A stretch of DNA of 64,000 nt, taken from NCBI RefSeq assembly GCF_009834535.1, contig NC_045697.1, positions 44,332,001-44,396,000 of the forward strand, written 5' to 3'. The position numbers and the translations under genes are program-made. This DNA is from Camelus ferus (taxonomy: Eukaryota). Shown here piece by piece: positions 51,320 through 62,308 of the stretch; position 1 is the first letter of the stretch, and the number at the start of each line of letters is the position of its first letter. A model generated the notes under the pieces. The model saw only the letters and a program-made list of their open reading frames with translations, did not search any database and was not told where the DNA came from.

Positions 51320-53230
51320 TCTGTTGATTATTAATCTTACTATTACTGGTCTGGGTGTTTTCATTGGTTTACAATCTGGAAGCCCACAGCAACTAGAGTG
51401 GGTAACCACTTGGAAAGGCTACCCCAATCCCACATCCCAGACAATATTGCTCTGGCCCAGAATCTCACGGCTGCAGATGACAATGCCTCAACCCAAGAAC
51501 TCACCATTGGAGATGACTTCACCCCCCCTGCTTGTGCCAGAGATGACTTAACCTCTTACACTAAAACCTCCATCCCAGGGACATCCATGGACCAAACCAC
51601 CTCTCCTGTGGCACAAAGTGGACATGGGACATTTTTGCTTCCTTCCTGAGCCTACTGTCTGCTTTGCCCATGATTCTGGTATACGCCTTACTCTCTGCTG
51701 AAATGTACACTCTATACTTCCGTGCCTAAAGGGAAATCAGAGGTTACTAAAATGAATGGAGATTATTGCTTTCTCCAGAAAGCACCTGCCTCATGTCAGC
51801 CAACCTCTTGACTCCCTGGGAAGAGGACTACCCACTCCCTGATGCTTTTTCTTATCCCCATCACCACCCCCATCCAGCTTGCTGCCACTGTCTCTTGCCT
51901 TTTGTCTCCAACCATGACCACCACAACCATTCTTCTGCCTTGGTTACACACAGCACCTCATTCTCACCAGTACACTGTGCTCGGAATGATGGCACCTTCA
52001 GGTCCTATTGTGACCCAGACTCATAGGTACAACACCTTATATATTTTTCCTTGTTGGCTCCCCTACGATTTCTCTAATGAAACCCTACACAGTGGTTACA
52101 CTGGGGTTTCCCAGTTCTTTATCCACCAGGTGCTTCCCACTTCCCTCAACCCAAGGACACCAGACAAATCAGACAGTATTTATTCCTATCGTAATAAGAC
52201 AGTCTCAGGAGCAGCCAGCATTGGCACCAGTCTAGTGGTCTTTCTCAAACAAAATCAAATCTTAACTGCCAGCCAGCACCTTCAAAGCCTGCACAAAACA
52301 TTGTCCTTTAAGCACCAAACCCATGAGTCTCTAGCCCACATGGTGGCCCTTGACTACTTACTAGCCAGGGAGGGAGGGGGTTGTGCCATTCAGGGTGTGT
52401 TCCTTCCCCTCCGCCCTGGAGCAGGTGTGTTCAATTAAGAACATGCGGATTGTGACCTGCTGGATGAGAAGGCACAAGCCACCCACACCAGTGGCTCCCT
52501 AGGCATCTGAGCTCCCACTTTGGTGAAGTGAAAACTGGGTCCCTTTGTTTAAAGACACAATTTCAACACACTCACACAAAGAAAGTAAAGTTACAAGATT
52601 TGCTACTTACAGATCCCAGAAATGGGTTGGTGGGGAGGAGCGCAGTGAGCTGGGAAAAGGGCAGCCCTCCGTCAGGAGGGAGCAGGGGCAGAGAGCTGCG
52701 TAGCAAACATCTGTTCCCTATGAGGTGGTTGGAGTGGAGGTCACTAACTTTTCAGGGGCTCAGCTCTAAGTGGTTATATTTAAAGGTGCACCAGGAAAAG
52801 CAAAAGCAGGAGCTTGGGGTGGGAATCCTAAGTTCAGGTCCTTATGTGAATGTCCAGACTCTGAGTGTGAGCAGGGTTATACTTTAAAATGCCTGGTATA
52901 TAAAGTATAATGTAAAATGCCTGGACACCAAATTAGAATAGCTGTTTTCTCATCACGCAGGGTACCTCCTGCTGTATGACATTACTAAGTCTCGGCAGGT
53001 ACAAGCCAGACTATGAGGAATGGGCCAAGAGGTACAGATCTCTCATAACATAGCTGACATCTTTCAACAGATTCTGTTAAAATTGGAGATGCTTGGCCTG
53101 TTGCCCACAGAGTGGGGTGCCTGGTTGTGGGACTGGGTTCCAGACTCTTGTCATATGCCTGATTGCTAACTAACTCTTCCTACTTGTTACCTGTATCAAA
53201 GTTTACCTTCCACAGCCAAGGCAAGCTGTC
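51320..53230 (+). pseudogene. env: Retroviral env remnant (gamma-type TM) interrupted by a solo LTR
   Basis: hydrophobic signal-like segment at ~51324; SLAHMVALDYLLAREGGGCAIQG before the insertion, TSCC after it (CX6CC when rejoined); Trp-rich and hydrophobic anchor-like segment ~53110-53200. Confidence 0.82.
52396..52957 (-). mobile_element. Solo LTR nested in env, 5-bp TSD CAGGG
   Basis: CAGGG at 52391-52395 and 52958-52962; termini TGTG...CACG; minus strand contains GGGATCTGTAAGTA, typical of ERVL-group LTRs. Confidence 0.82.
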
Positions 53231-53291
53231 CTACTCACCTTTAACTTCTCCACAACCCAAGTTGTGGGCACGTGTCGTCCAATCCACTTAG

Positions 53292-53366
53292 TTTTTTTTT
53301 CCATTGAAGTATAGTTGATTTACAATGTTGTGTTAGTTTCTGGTGTACAGTGTAGTGATTCAGTTA

Positions 53367-53414
<48 letters not shown>

Positions 53415-53705
53415 CTTTTTCATAACAGGCTATTACAAGATATTGAGTGTAATTCCCTGTCCTAAACAGTAGGACCTTGTTGTTTATCTGTTTTATATAT
53501 AGTAGTCTGTATCTGCAAATCCCAAACTCTTAATTTCTCTTTCCATACCCTTTCCTCTTTGGTAGCCAGAAGTTTGTTTTTTATGTCTGAGTCTGTTTCT
53601 GTTCTGTAAATAAATTCATTTGTCTCTTTTTTTTTTTAGATCCCACAAGTAAGTGATAGCATGTGATGCTGTCTTTCTCTGTCTGACTGACTTCACTTAG
53701 TGTGA
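53292..53705 (-). mobile_element. Young L1 3' end with (TATC)n microsatellite (53367-53414), inserted between env and the 3' LTR
   Basis: poly-T, TTGAAGTATAGTTGATTTACAATGTTGTGTTAGTTTCTGGTGTACAG...CAGTAGGACCTTGTTGTTTATC...GACTTCACTTAG. Confidence 0.88.
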
Positions 53706-53732
53706 TGATGATGTTGATGATACAGGGCCGAA

Positions 53733-54198
53733 TGTATTATACATTTTTAAAGCTTCATATTTTCCTACTGCCTCAGTATCCCCATGAACAGGCTGTGTGC
53801 ACCCTGCCCAGGTGACCAAGTTATCCTGTGATCCTCATTGGTTCTTACCACAAGTTTCCCTTCTTGCCCTCCTCTGATGTGAGCTAGTGACATTCAAAAG
53901 CACCACTGAAATCCCCTCATGTCTTTTGCTTGTGCACACCCCCGTCCCCCAGTAAAGGCACTTGCCTATGAATTCTTTTTTCTCTCTCCCTCTCTCTGCA
54001 CCCCACCCTGCCTGAAAGAAGCCACTCACTGGCTATTCCTCCCATGTGGTCCCCTGCCGTGCCTCCCCCCTTCCAGGACCTGTGGGTGAAATCAGTCTCT
54101 CACTTTCATACCCCTCCTGGGGCTGTTACACCAGGTCCACACCGGACTGATCACTAACAAGAACTCACTCTTAGTGACAGTTAATTCCTTACAACGCA
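53733..54198 (+). mobile_element. 3' LTR of the provirus
   Basis: begins TGTATTATAC after CAGGGCCGAA, ends ATTCCTTACAACGCA; homologous to 47104-47525. Confidence 0.8.
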
Positions 54199-54562
54199 CG
54201 TACGTGTGACCTCCCCAACCAAACTGCTTCTGTTGCATGTAGCATCAGATCCTGCCAAACAAAGCTCCAAATTGGGTGAAAAAAAGATGCAGCAGTTTTC
54301 TGGTGATGTAATAATTAACACAGAAACAATTTGACTTCTGTAACTTAATGTAGGGATTTGTCTTGGGACTACTCTGTTCAGTTGATTCCTTTGATATTTT
54401 TTGCAAAAGGCCACATTATTTTTATTACTGAAGTTTACGATGTTCCTTAAGTCTATACTTTAAGTTTATGATATACTTTAACATATGTTAGGGCAGCCCC
54501 TTTCTTGGCTCTCATTCCAGATGAAGTTGGAATCTTACTAAGTTTAATGAAGCCTACATAAA

Positions 54563-54755
54563 GCTGTGATCGCTAAACTTTAATGTGTATTAGAACCACT
54601 TGGGAAGCTTGGTAAGAAGAAAATTTTCTGGAAAAATCTACCTCCCTGCTGTTATGATTCTGTTCAGTCTGGGCTCAGCCCAGGAATCTGAAATGTAATA
54701 AACATCTGAGGGATTTTAAGGCAGTAATCCTTAGACCTCATTTAAAGATATACTG
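54563..54755. mobile_element. MER5-like MITE
   Basis: AAACTTTAATGTGTATTAGAACCACTTGGGAAGCTTG...GATTCTGTTCAGTCTGGG..GCCCAGGAATCTG. Confidence 0.7.
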
Positions 54756-55242
54756 GTGTGAGTAATTTGGGCAGAATTGACAACTTTTTACTATCTGTTT
54801 ATTTAGGTCTTTTTTTAATCTTTTAGCAAAGTTTTCCCCCCATATGGTACACCTTGCCTATTGTGAATGGATTTTTTTTCCTATTATATCTTGTAATTGT
54901 TATTGCTAGTACCCAGGAAAGCTATTGATTTTTAGATGTTTGCTTTTATCCAGTCACTTTGCTGAGTTCACTTATTAAATCTAATAGTTTTTCAGTTAAA
55001 CCTTTTGTAAGGATGAAGCTAGGGCAAGATTGGCAAATCAGCCCAGCACATGGGAACACTTGATTTTTGCCTCCTCCTTTACAACATTATATTTACTGTA
55101 ACCTTTTATGTGTTACTGCATTGTCCAGAGCTTCTAGAACATTGCTAAATAAACATTCATAAAATTCACCTGTAATTTATTCCTATTTTAAAGGGAATGT
55201 CTCTGTCATGGTTTCATGGTTAAGAATGGTTCTGGCTATTGC

Positions 55243-55366
55243 TTTTATTGGGGAGGGGTTAGGTAATTAGGTTTATTTATTTATTTTTTAATGGCGGTAC
55301 TGGGGATTGAACCCAGGACCTCCTGCACGCTAAGTGCTCACTCTACCACTGAACTATACCCTCCAC
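55243..55366 (-). mobile_element. tRNA-derived SINE (Vic-1 type) inside an old antisense L1 fragment
   Basis: GGTACTGGGGATTGAACCCAGGACCTC...CACTCTACCACTGAACTATACCCTCC; TSD TCTGGCT(A/G)TTGCTTTT on both sides. Confidence 0.9.
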
Positions 55367-55432
55367 TCTGGCTGTTGCTTTTAGATAGACCTTTAAAAAA
55401 AAATTATGTTCCTTCTATTCCTAGCCTTCTTA

Positions 55433-55526
55433 AGCTTGCTTGCTTGCTTGCCTGCCTGCCTGCCTGCCTGCCTACTTGACTGCTTTCCTTCCTTCCTTCC
55501 TTCCTTTCTTCCTTCCTTCCTTTCCT

Positions 55527-55586
<60 letters not shown>

Positions 55587-55618
55587 TTTTTTTCTTTCTT
55601 TCTTTCTCTTTCTTTCTT

Positions 55619-55675
<57 letters not shown>

Positions 55676-55739
55676 CTCTCTCTCTCTTTCTCTCTTCCTC
55701 TCTTCCTCTCTTTCTCTCTTTCTCTCTTTCTCTCTTTCT
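55433..55739. repeat. Compound microsatellite (CTTG)n(CCTG)n(CCTT)n(CTTT)n(CT)n
   Basis: directly visible, ~300 bp. Confidence 0.95.
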
Positions 55740-55761
55740 AATAAGGAATGGGTGCAGAATT

Positions 55762-56298
55762 TGTAGGGAGGAAAAATTCTTTTTCCTTCTTCCCTCCTAG
55801 ATTTGCCCGCTGGGGCTCTATAAATTGGACTAACAAAAGACACATGACTAGGAGAAAACAAGTAAGTTTATTAGCATGTGCATCTGCTTACACATGGAAA
55901 CCCCCAGAGATGAGTAATTCAAAATGGTGGTTAGAATTTGGGGTCCAATATAATGTAGTATGTCAATTATACCTCAATTTTAAAAAAGAATTTGAGATAT
56001 ATTCATAAGTTCCCAGAGGAGGAGGAGAAGGGAAACTTAGGGGAAAGTGAATGACTCTTTGGAAAGATAAACGAGCCCTTCCTTGGGAGAACAGGTGGTG
56101 TGACAATGTCTGTCTGACTTTTCTTCTGTGCAAAGAGAAGATTAGAGTTGGTCCTGGGGAGGGGATTTATAACAGTTGAGTTCTTTTGGGAAGCTCTTCT
56201 TAAGGCGAATGAAGGATTTCAGGAACTCCAACGCCTTTACTGCAAAATAGTTCCATGTCAAAGAGGCGAATTTGGAGTGACTTACCCTGATATCCTCA
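55762..56298 (-). mobile_element. Solo LTR (ERV1-like) containing a very short L1 tail at ~55946-55988
   Basis: TGTAGGGAGG...ATCCTCA termini; antisense polyA signal GTTTATT; insert ATGTCAATTATACCTCAATTTTAAAAAA flanked by AGAATTTG repeats. Confidence 0.7.
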
Positions 56299-58101
56299 GA
56301 TCTCACACAGTGCCTTTTCAGTGTCTATAGGTGAAAATATTGGTTTCCTTTTTTTAAAAATGCATGTTAATACAATTCCTAACCCATCCTTACCCTTCTG
56401 AAATAATACTTATACCTAATTGTAGTTTATTCTTTTCATGCACTCTGAATTTTTTGCCTACAATAGTAATCTCTCACCAACTGTGAGAATTTTAGTTCTA
56501 AAAAGTAGCTTGCCTGGCAGAACTGCAGTTGTCAAAATCAAGGTTTTCAAGGAGATTTGGGGTAAAGTATCAACTTCAGTTTTGATTATATAACTAAATT
56601 CAGTAAAGGGAAATTTCTAGGTGGTAACCACTTCCAAAACAAACCAGATTTGTTGATACTAAAACCCATGCTGATAGGTAACTTTTTTTTTCCCTGATTC
56701 ACATTCTTTAATAGGTCAGAAAACATTTCTGTGGTTTTCTGATTTATTGACAGACTGAATGTGCTTTGGACTTGACGTCTCACTTGTTTGTTTTTACAAA
56801 TGTGGCTACATGCTCCTTAAACTATGGCCACTTAAGGAAATTATCAAAGTACTTAATGACATTTGGGGGGGAGGTTCTCTGATGGTCAATCCATGTGTTG
56901 AGAAGATGGAGTCAAAGAGATCTTTCTGATCCCACTTAGGAGACTCACCCTCAAGATCCAAGGACAGCAGTGATTATTGTCTTGTTTTTGTTTGTTTGTT
57001 TATTTGTTTAAGAGCATAAACTGTGGCTGTGTGGAAAAAAATCAAGAATTTATCATTTTTCTTAAGGAGGTATAAAATTTCATCAGTTAAAAATTATGAG
57101 TTGATATCTTTTATTTTTATTCAGTTTTCTTTTTTTGGAGATAATGCTTTTCAGTGTCTAGTGTCAGAAATAACCTATTTTCAAAAAACTTTGGGTAGCT
57201 TCTCATATTTTTGATGTTCTAGCATATTTAGCTTTAAAATTAGCTTTTCCTTAAAAATTGGAAACTGTTAAAGGATAATATCCAGGAAAAAGTTAAATTC
57301 ATGACTCACACAAATATAAAAGTGAATGTGTTTACAGACCTCATTGCACTCACTAGTCAGTTGAGGGACCCAGGCAGATGTTGTAACGAGTTCAAAGAGA
57401 ATTTTTAAAATGGACACATTTACAGATCAACAGTACTGAATATAGATAAGTAATATTGAAATGAGTGAATAAGTGTGCACATGAAAACAGAAGTGCTGTT
57501 TTCACAGGGAAGGGAGAATCAGTTGAACAGAATTTGCATGTCTATAGATGAGAATTATTTTGCGTTGCTCTTAGTTACCTATAATTTACAACTGTAAAAT
57601 AACTTCATAGAATCAGATGAACTGAGGGCTGTCCTCTACATGGTACAGTTTTCCACTGAACACAACTTTTTCCCTACAGAAATGGCACATTAGTAAAGCT
57701 AAAGAAATCATTCATTCATTCAACAAAAGTCTGAATTTCTATCCAGTGCTGATGTCTTCCTGAATTTGAGCCATGTGGATTGCCTACATTTAGATTCAAT
57801 TTTGGAAATTTGTATTTTTCCAGAATATAGTCTATTTCATTGAGATTTTCAAATGTATTAGCATTCAATTGCTTATAATATTCTCTTATGATTTAAATTT
57901 TTTCCTGCATTTTCTAGAACTTTCTTTTTAATTATTTTTGAATTCTTATGATTCAGATATCAAAAATTATTGTTATATAGTGAAGTGTAGCTTTCCTATC
58001 TTTTCCTCCATCTGCCTAATTCTCACTCCTCCCAACAAGTGACAACTATTTGTTTTATGTGTGTGTGTGTATAAAACTATATGCATATGTTTTATATACA
58101 A

Positions 58102-58130
58102 ACACACACACACACACACGCACACACGCA
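58102..58130. repeat. (CA)n microsatellite
   Basis: directly visible, with two CG interruptions. Confidence 0.9.
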
Positions 58131-58133
58131 TAC

Positions 58134-58637
58134 TGTTGACTGAAAAAAAAAAACAATGCACAACATGAGAGCAGTGAATTCAGTTTTATTTGGGGCTTAC
58201 TGAGGCTCTTGCCTGGAAGACAGCCTCTCAGATAGCTCTGAGGAGCTGCTCCAAAGAGGCAGGGGTGGGGGAAGTCATTATATATGTGATTTTAGTGCCA
58301 GGGGTGGAGGGGGGAGATACATGCACTCATGCACACATCTGGGTAGAAGGGTGCTGCTGGTCACGAGGAGCAGATGTTTCCGTTAATGATTTTAGTGCTT
58401 TTCTATGAGAAAGCATGAAAGTATGAGAAGATGAAAGAATTTAGGTTCATAAAATTTTCTCTTGAAACTCTAACTATCCAAAGGCCTGTTCTGCTGTCTT
58501 TTCCTGGAGCACAGTGGGCCTCATTCCTGATTTCCACCCTGAATTCCATTCAGGCTGTGTTGAAGGTCAGCGGCTGCAGTGGTTGATCACCTCATCCTCG
58601 TGGAGTCAGATGGCGAGCAAAAATTCTTTAGTTAGCA
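58134..58637 (-). mobile_element. Solo LTR (ERV1-like)
   Basis: TGTTGAC...GTTAGCA termini; CAGTTTTATTTGGGG (antisense AATAAA); CAGCCTCTCAGATAGCTCTGAGGAGCTGCTCCAAAGAGG. Confidence 0.75.
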
Positions 58638-58799
58638 ACTCCAATCAGTATAACACATATTGTAGCTACTTTCTAACAGTATTTTTGCCTAGTTTTATGG
58701 TCTTTGATTTATCAAGTTTTCTGCAGTGGAGGTGGTGGTAGTGGTTTAAGAACTAGTTCTTGGATTTCTGTTAATTTGCTTTTTTAAAAAAATCATTGA

Positions 58800-58915
58800 G
58801 GGGGGAGGGTATAACTCAAGTGGTAGAGCACATGCTTAGCATGCACACGGTCCTAGGTTCAGTCCTCGGTACTTGCTCTAAAAAACTTTTTTTAAATAAA
58901 ACTGAAAAATAAAAA
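58800..58915 (+). mobile_element. tRNA-derived SINE (Vic-1 type)
   Basis: GGGGGAGGGTATAACTCAAGTGGTAGAGCACATGCTTAGCATGCAC..GGTCCTAGGTTCAGTCC; TCATTGA direct repeat on both flanks. Confidence 0.88.
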
Positions 58916-59179
58916 ATTCATTGATTGTTGCTCTTAACTTTATTATTTCCTCCTTCTTAATTTCCTTATATTTGTCTTTTTTTTCTCAATTCATGAAGAG
59001 AATGCTTCTTTTATTCTTCCTTCCTTCCTTTATTTATTATAATGAAAATATTTAAGGTCATCAATTTATCCCTGAGCATAGCCTGGGCAGCATTTTCCTG
59101 CATATAGCATTTGACAAATCCTGAAAGATTATGTCGTATACATTATTGCCCGCACTAAGTACTTTCATCTTTATTCAGA

Positions 59180-59645
59180 TTTTACTGACTTGTTGAGCAA
59201 ACTTGTTATCTCATTGTCATGTTCATACTCTTTTACTGGTTCTCCACTGGCTTTTTCTTATCAGCCTGTATAAACCGTTGTGAAGATCTTTCTTTGATCC
59301 TGACTCTTCTTTGAACTGTTGCTCCATCTGCTTGTTTACAGCCAAAGTTCTTGAAAGAGTATCCCCATCCCTTTCTCAACCCAGTTGTACTCTAGTTTCT
59401 GACTGATACTTTACGAGCACCATTTATGCCAGGGTCACCAGTGATCTCTGAATTGCCAGATCCAGTGATCTCATCTTGCTTCTGGTCTTTGTTGAGCTCT
59501 CAGAACATTTGATGTTGTTGACCATCTCTTTCTTGACAATATTCTTTCCTTCTTTTGCTCAACCTCTATGACCACTTTTTCAGCCTCCCTTCCTCCATTG
59601 CCCCCTAAAAATGAGTGTTCTCCCTGGCTCCATCCTTTCTTCTGT
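59180..59645 (+). mobile_element. LINE2 fragment
   Basis: CAGCCAAAGTTCTTGAAAGAGT, CCAGGGTCACCAGTGATCTCTGAATTGCCAGATCCAGTG, CATTTGATGTTGTTGACCA. Confidence 0.7.
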
Positions 59646-59649
59646 GCAT

Positions 59650-59998
59650 TGTGTATCTGCACGGTGCATCAACCAAGCCTCGCCCACCAGCAGAAATATG
59701 TGCTTCCCCATAAAGAGCAACTTTCTCCTGGCATCAACAAGATGACCCCTTAAAGATAACATTCCTTCTTGATCTTGTAAGGGATCATGATGACGATTAG
59801 ATCTGAATTGTATAAACTGTCAATAATATGTCATTTAATGCACAGTCCTCTGTCACAAAAACCTTTGTGTATAACTGTGTTTTGATTTCTAATGGGCAGA
59901 ACAATTCTCAGAACTTTCCCGGGTTATAACTCTCAATTTGGCTTGAAGAAAATTTTCCATTTCTTTCTTAGATTGCCTGATGAATTGTCCATCACCAC
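59650..59998 (+). mobile_element. ERV1-like LTR (left boundary uncertain)
   Basis: AAAGATAACATTCCTTC, AAAAACCTTTGTGTATAACTG, CAATTCTCAGAACTTTCCCGGGTTATAACTCTCAATTTGGCTTGAA; ends ...TCACCA. Confidence 0.55.
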
Positions 59999-60047
59999 TT
60001 CTCATTCTACACTGTTTGAGTTATTGCAATGGCTACCTTGGCTTTAA

Positions 60048-60218
60048 TCTTTTTTTAAATTGAAATATAGTTGATTTACAATGTTGTGTTGGCTTCTGGT
60101 ATACAGCATAGTAATCAATTATACATATATATCCTCTTTTTCATATTCTTTATCATTACAGGTTATTACAAGATTTTGAGTATAGTTCCCTGTACTATAT
60201 ATAGTAGGACCTTATTGG
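60048..60218 (-). mobile_element. Young 5'-truncated L1 3' end
   Basis: TTGAAATATAGTTGATTTACAATGTTGTGTTGG...TATAGTTCCCTGTACTATA..GTAGGACC; flanking TACCTTGGCTT repeat. Confidence 0.85.
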
Positions 60219-60286
60219 TTACCTTGGCTTGAGTCTTAAATCTTGGCTTGAACTTCTGTGCAGCTGACTCAAAAAACCTCTGTCTT

Positions 60287-60596
60287 ACAAATGAGCTTAT
60301 TTACAAATCATAAACAGACTCACAGACATAGAAAACAAACTCATGGGTTACCAGAGTGGAAAGGGGGTGGGAAGGGATAAATACAGAGTTTGAGATTTGC
60401 AGATGTTAACTACTGTATATAAAATAGATAAGCAAAAAGTTTATACTGTCTAGCACAGGGAACTATATTCAGTATCTTGTAGTAACCTATAATGAAGAAG
60501 AATATGAAAAGGAATGTATGTATGTACATGTATGAGTGCAACATTATGCTGTACTCCAGAAATTGACACAACATTGTAAACTGACTATACTCCAAC

Positions 60597-60636
<40 letters not shown>

Positions 60637-60637
60637 A
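60287..60637 (+). mobile_element. Young 5'-truncated L1 3' end with (CAA)n tail
   Basis: AAACAGACTCACAGACATAGAAAACAAACT...AGCACAGGGAACTATATTCAGTATCTTGTA...ACATTGTAAACTGACTATACT; flanking CCTCTGTCTT repeat. Confidence 0.9.
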
Positions 60638-61249
60638 CCCCTCTGTCTTCAACTTTATGCTCTCTTTCGAGCTAACTATGTACTTCTCTTCTGAATGTCC
60701 CACAGGCGTCTCAAATGGAGTTTCTCCAGACTATCAAACTTGCTCGTTTCCTTGGGCATCTTAATGTTCCTTCTGCTACCCAGCCTTAGTTAATAAAGCC
60801 TTACTTGTCACTCAGTCTTTACCTTTGCTCCCTCATGTTCTGTGGCAGCTGCTCTGCCTTGGATCCCTCAGCCATTCAGCTTTTATGCTTTTGTATACTG
60901 GCTGTTGATCACTGATGAAGAAAACTCTGTGGACAAATTCAGGATCTCCAACCTAATTTAGGCCTTGAATTGTGGAGCTGGATGGTTTTTATAAGTCTGC
61001 TCACTCTCCCAAAACCTCAAAGTGATTACCCTTTCCAGGCCCCTCATATCCCACTGCCTTCTCTTTCTCTCTCTCTCAAGAGATGTCTTTGCACTTGCTT
61101 TTTACTTTCACAGAAGAGATGGAAATTATCAGGCATGAACGAACTGAGACTTTCACCCTCCTGACTTACCTCCTTCCTCATGTGGTGGATAATCCTCTCT
61201 GCACTCTTGAGCCGGGTCCCCTGCCCCTTGCAGGATCTGGAGAATCGCC

Positions 61250-61985
61250 ACTGTATACTCCCTGCCTCTCTCTGCATGTTTTCAACCTTTCGCTTCTTTC
61301 CCACTGGCCATAAAATATGCTCGAATCTCTATTCTTTGAAAAACAAACTTCTCTCTTGACCTTTCTCTCTATCTTCTTTTACTTAGGACCACATGTCTTT
61401 CGTTTCTTTCACAACCAAGCTTCTCTTGAAAGTAGTTATCACTTGATCTACATCTTCCCTTCCCTTTCATCCTACATCACACAGTGAGACTTCTACCTCC
61501 TCGATTCTGCTGAAACTGCTCTCTGATAAAGACCATCGCTGATCTACTCATTGGCAACCCTCTCTTCAGCCCGCAGCGTGACCTTTTTGCCATTGAGATA
61601 GCTGACCACTCCCTTCTTCTCAAAACCCTCGCCTGGCTTCCGTAACAAAACTCTCTCCCATCTGGCTTCTTCTCCCATCTGGCTGATTATGCCTCCTCAC
61701 TCTCCCTTGTCCTGCGCCCTCTGTCCTCGGCCCTGCTGGGCTCTCCTGTGCTCGGCTGTCTTCCCCTTCCCTCCCTGCTCGCTCCTCTCCTGCCCTGTGC
61801 ACACTTTCCTTATGTTGTGTCTCCCCTGCACTTTCAAGGCTCCCCTGTCACCAGGATGCTAACTGCCAAATCAGTGTGTCCAGCCTGTTTTCCTGCACCC
61901 CAGCCCAGGATTGTCCCCTGCCTTCTGAGCATCTCCCCTTTCATGCCTCACAGACACCATCAAACTTGATTTATCCAAGACAGTG
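61250..61985 (+). mobile_element. LINE2 fragment
   Basis: CTGAAACTGCTCTCTGATAAAGACCATC, GCTGACCACTCCCTTCTTCTCAAAACCCTC, GACACCATCAAACTT. Confidence 0.7.
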
Positions 61986-62123
61986 GGCAAAGAGGGCAAA
62001 GGAAGTAGAAATAGTAAGAGAGAAGGGAGGAAAACTGTAAACGAATTTTTATGCCTCTCGCAACTCGGCCCCTGCTGTGTCCAGGATGCTCGCCACCCCA
62101 TCCCCACTTTTCCTCACTAGATC

Positions 62124-62308
62124 TGCGATTCTCACTGTGGTCCCCAGGCCAGTAGCGTCAGCATCACCTGGGAACTAGTTAGAAATACAGATTCTCAGGC
62201 CCCACCCCACGCCTACTGAATCAGACACTCGGAGGTGAGGCTGAGAAATCAGTGTTTTAATGAGCTCTCCAGGTGATTCTGATGCCTGCTAAAGTCTGAG
62301 AATCCCTG
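62124..62308. mobile_element. MER5A hAT-Charlie MITE
   Basis: GTGGTCCCCAGGCCAGTAGCGTCAGCATCACCTGGGAACTAGTTAGAAATACAGATTCTCAGGCCCCACCCC..CCTACTGAATCAGA...CAGGTGATTCTGATGC. Confidence 0.9.

Larger units (their letters stand above)
47104..54198 (+). mobile_element. Decayed endogenous retrovirus: class III (ERV-L/ERV-S-like) pol, gamma-type env, tRNA-Ser PBS
   Basis: paired homologous LTRs, PBS, then pro, RT, RNaseH, IN and env remnants in canonical order. Confidence 0.88.

Noticed and set aside
51320..53230. Functional syncytin-like gene
   Set aside because: Signal, SU and TM segments lie in different frames with stops, and the TM is split by an LTR insertion
55406..55861. ORFs rich in F/L/S or K/E/R
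   Set aside because: Translations of the (CTTT)n microsatellite
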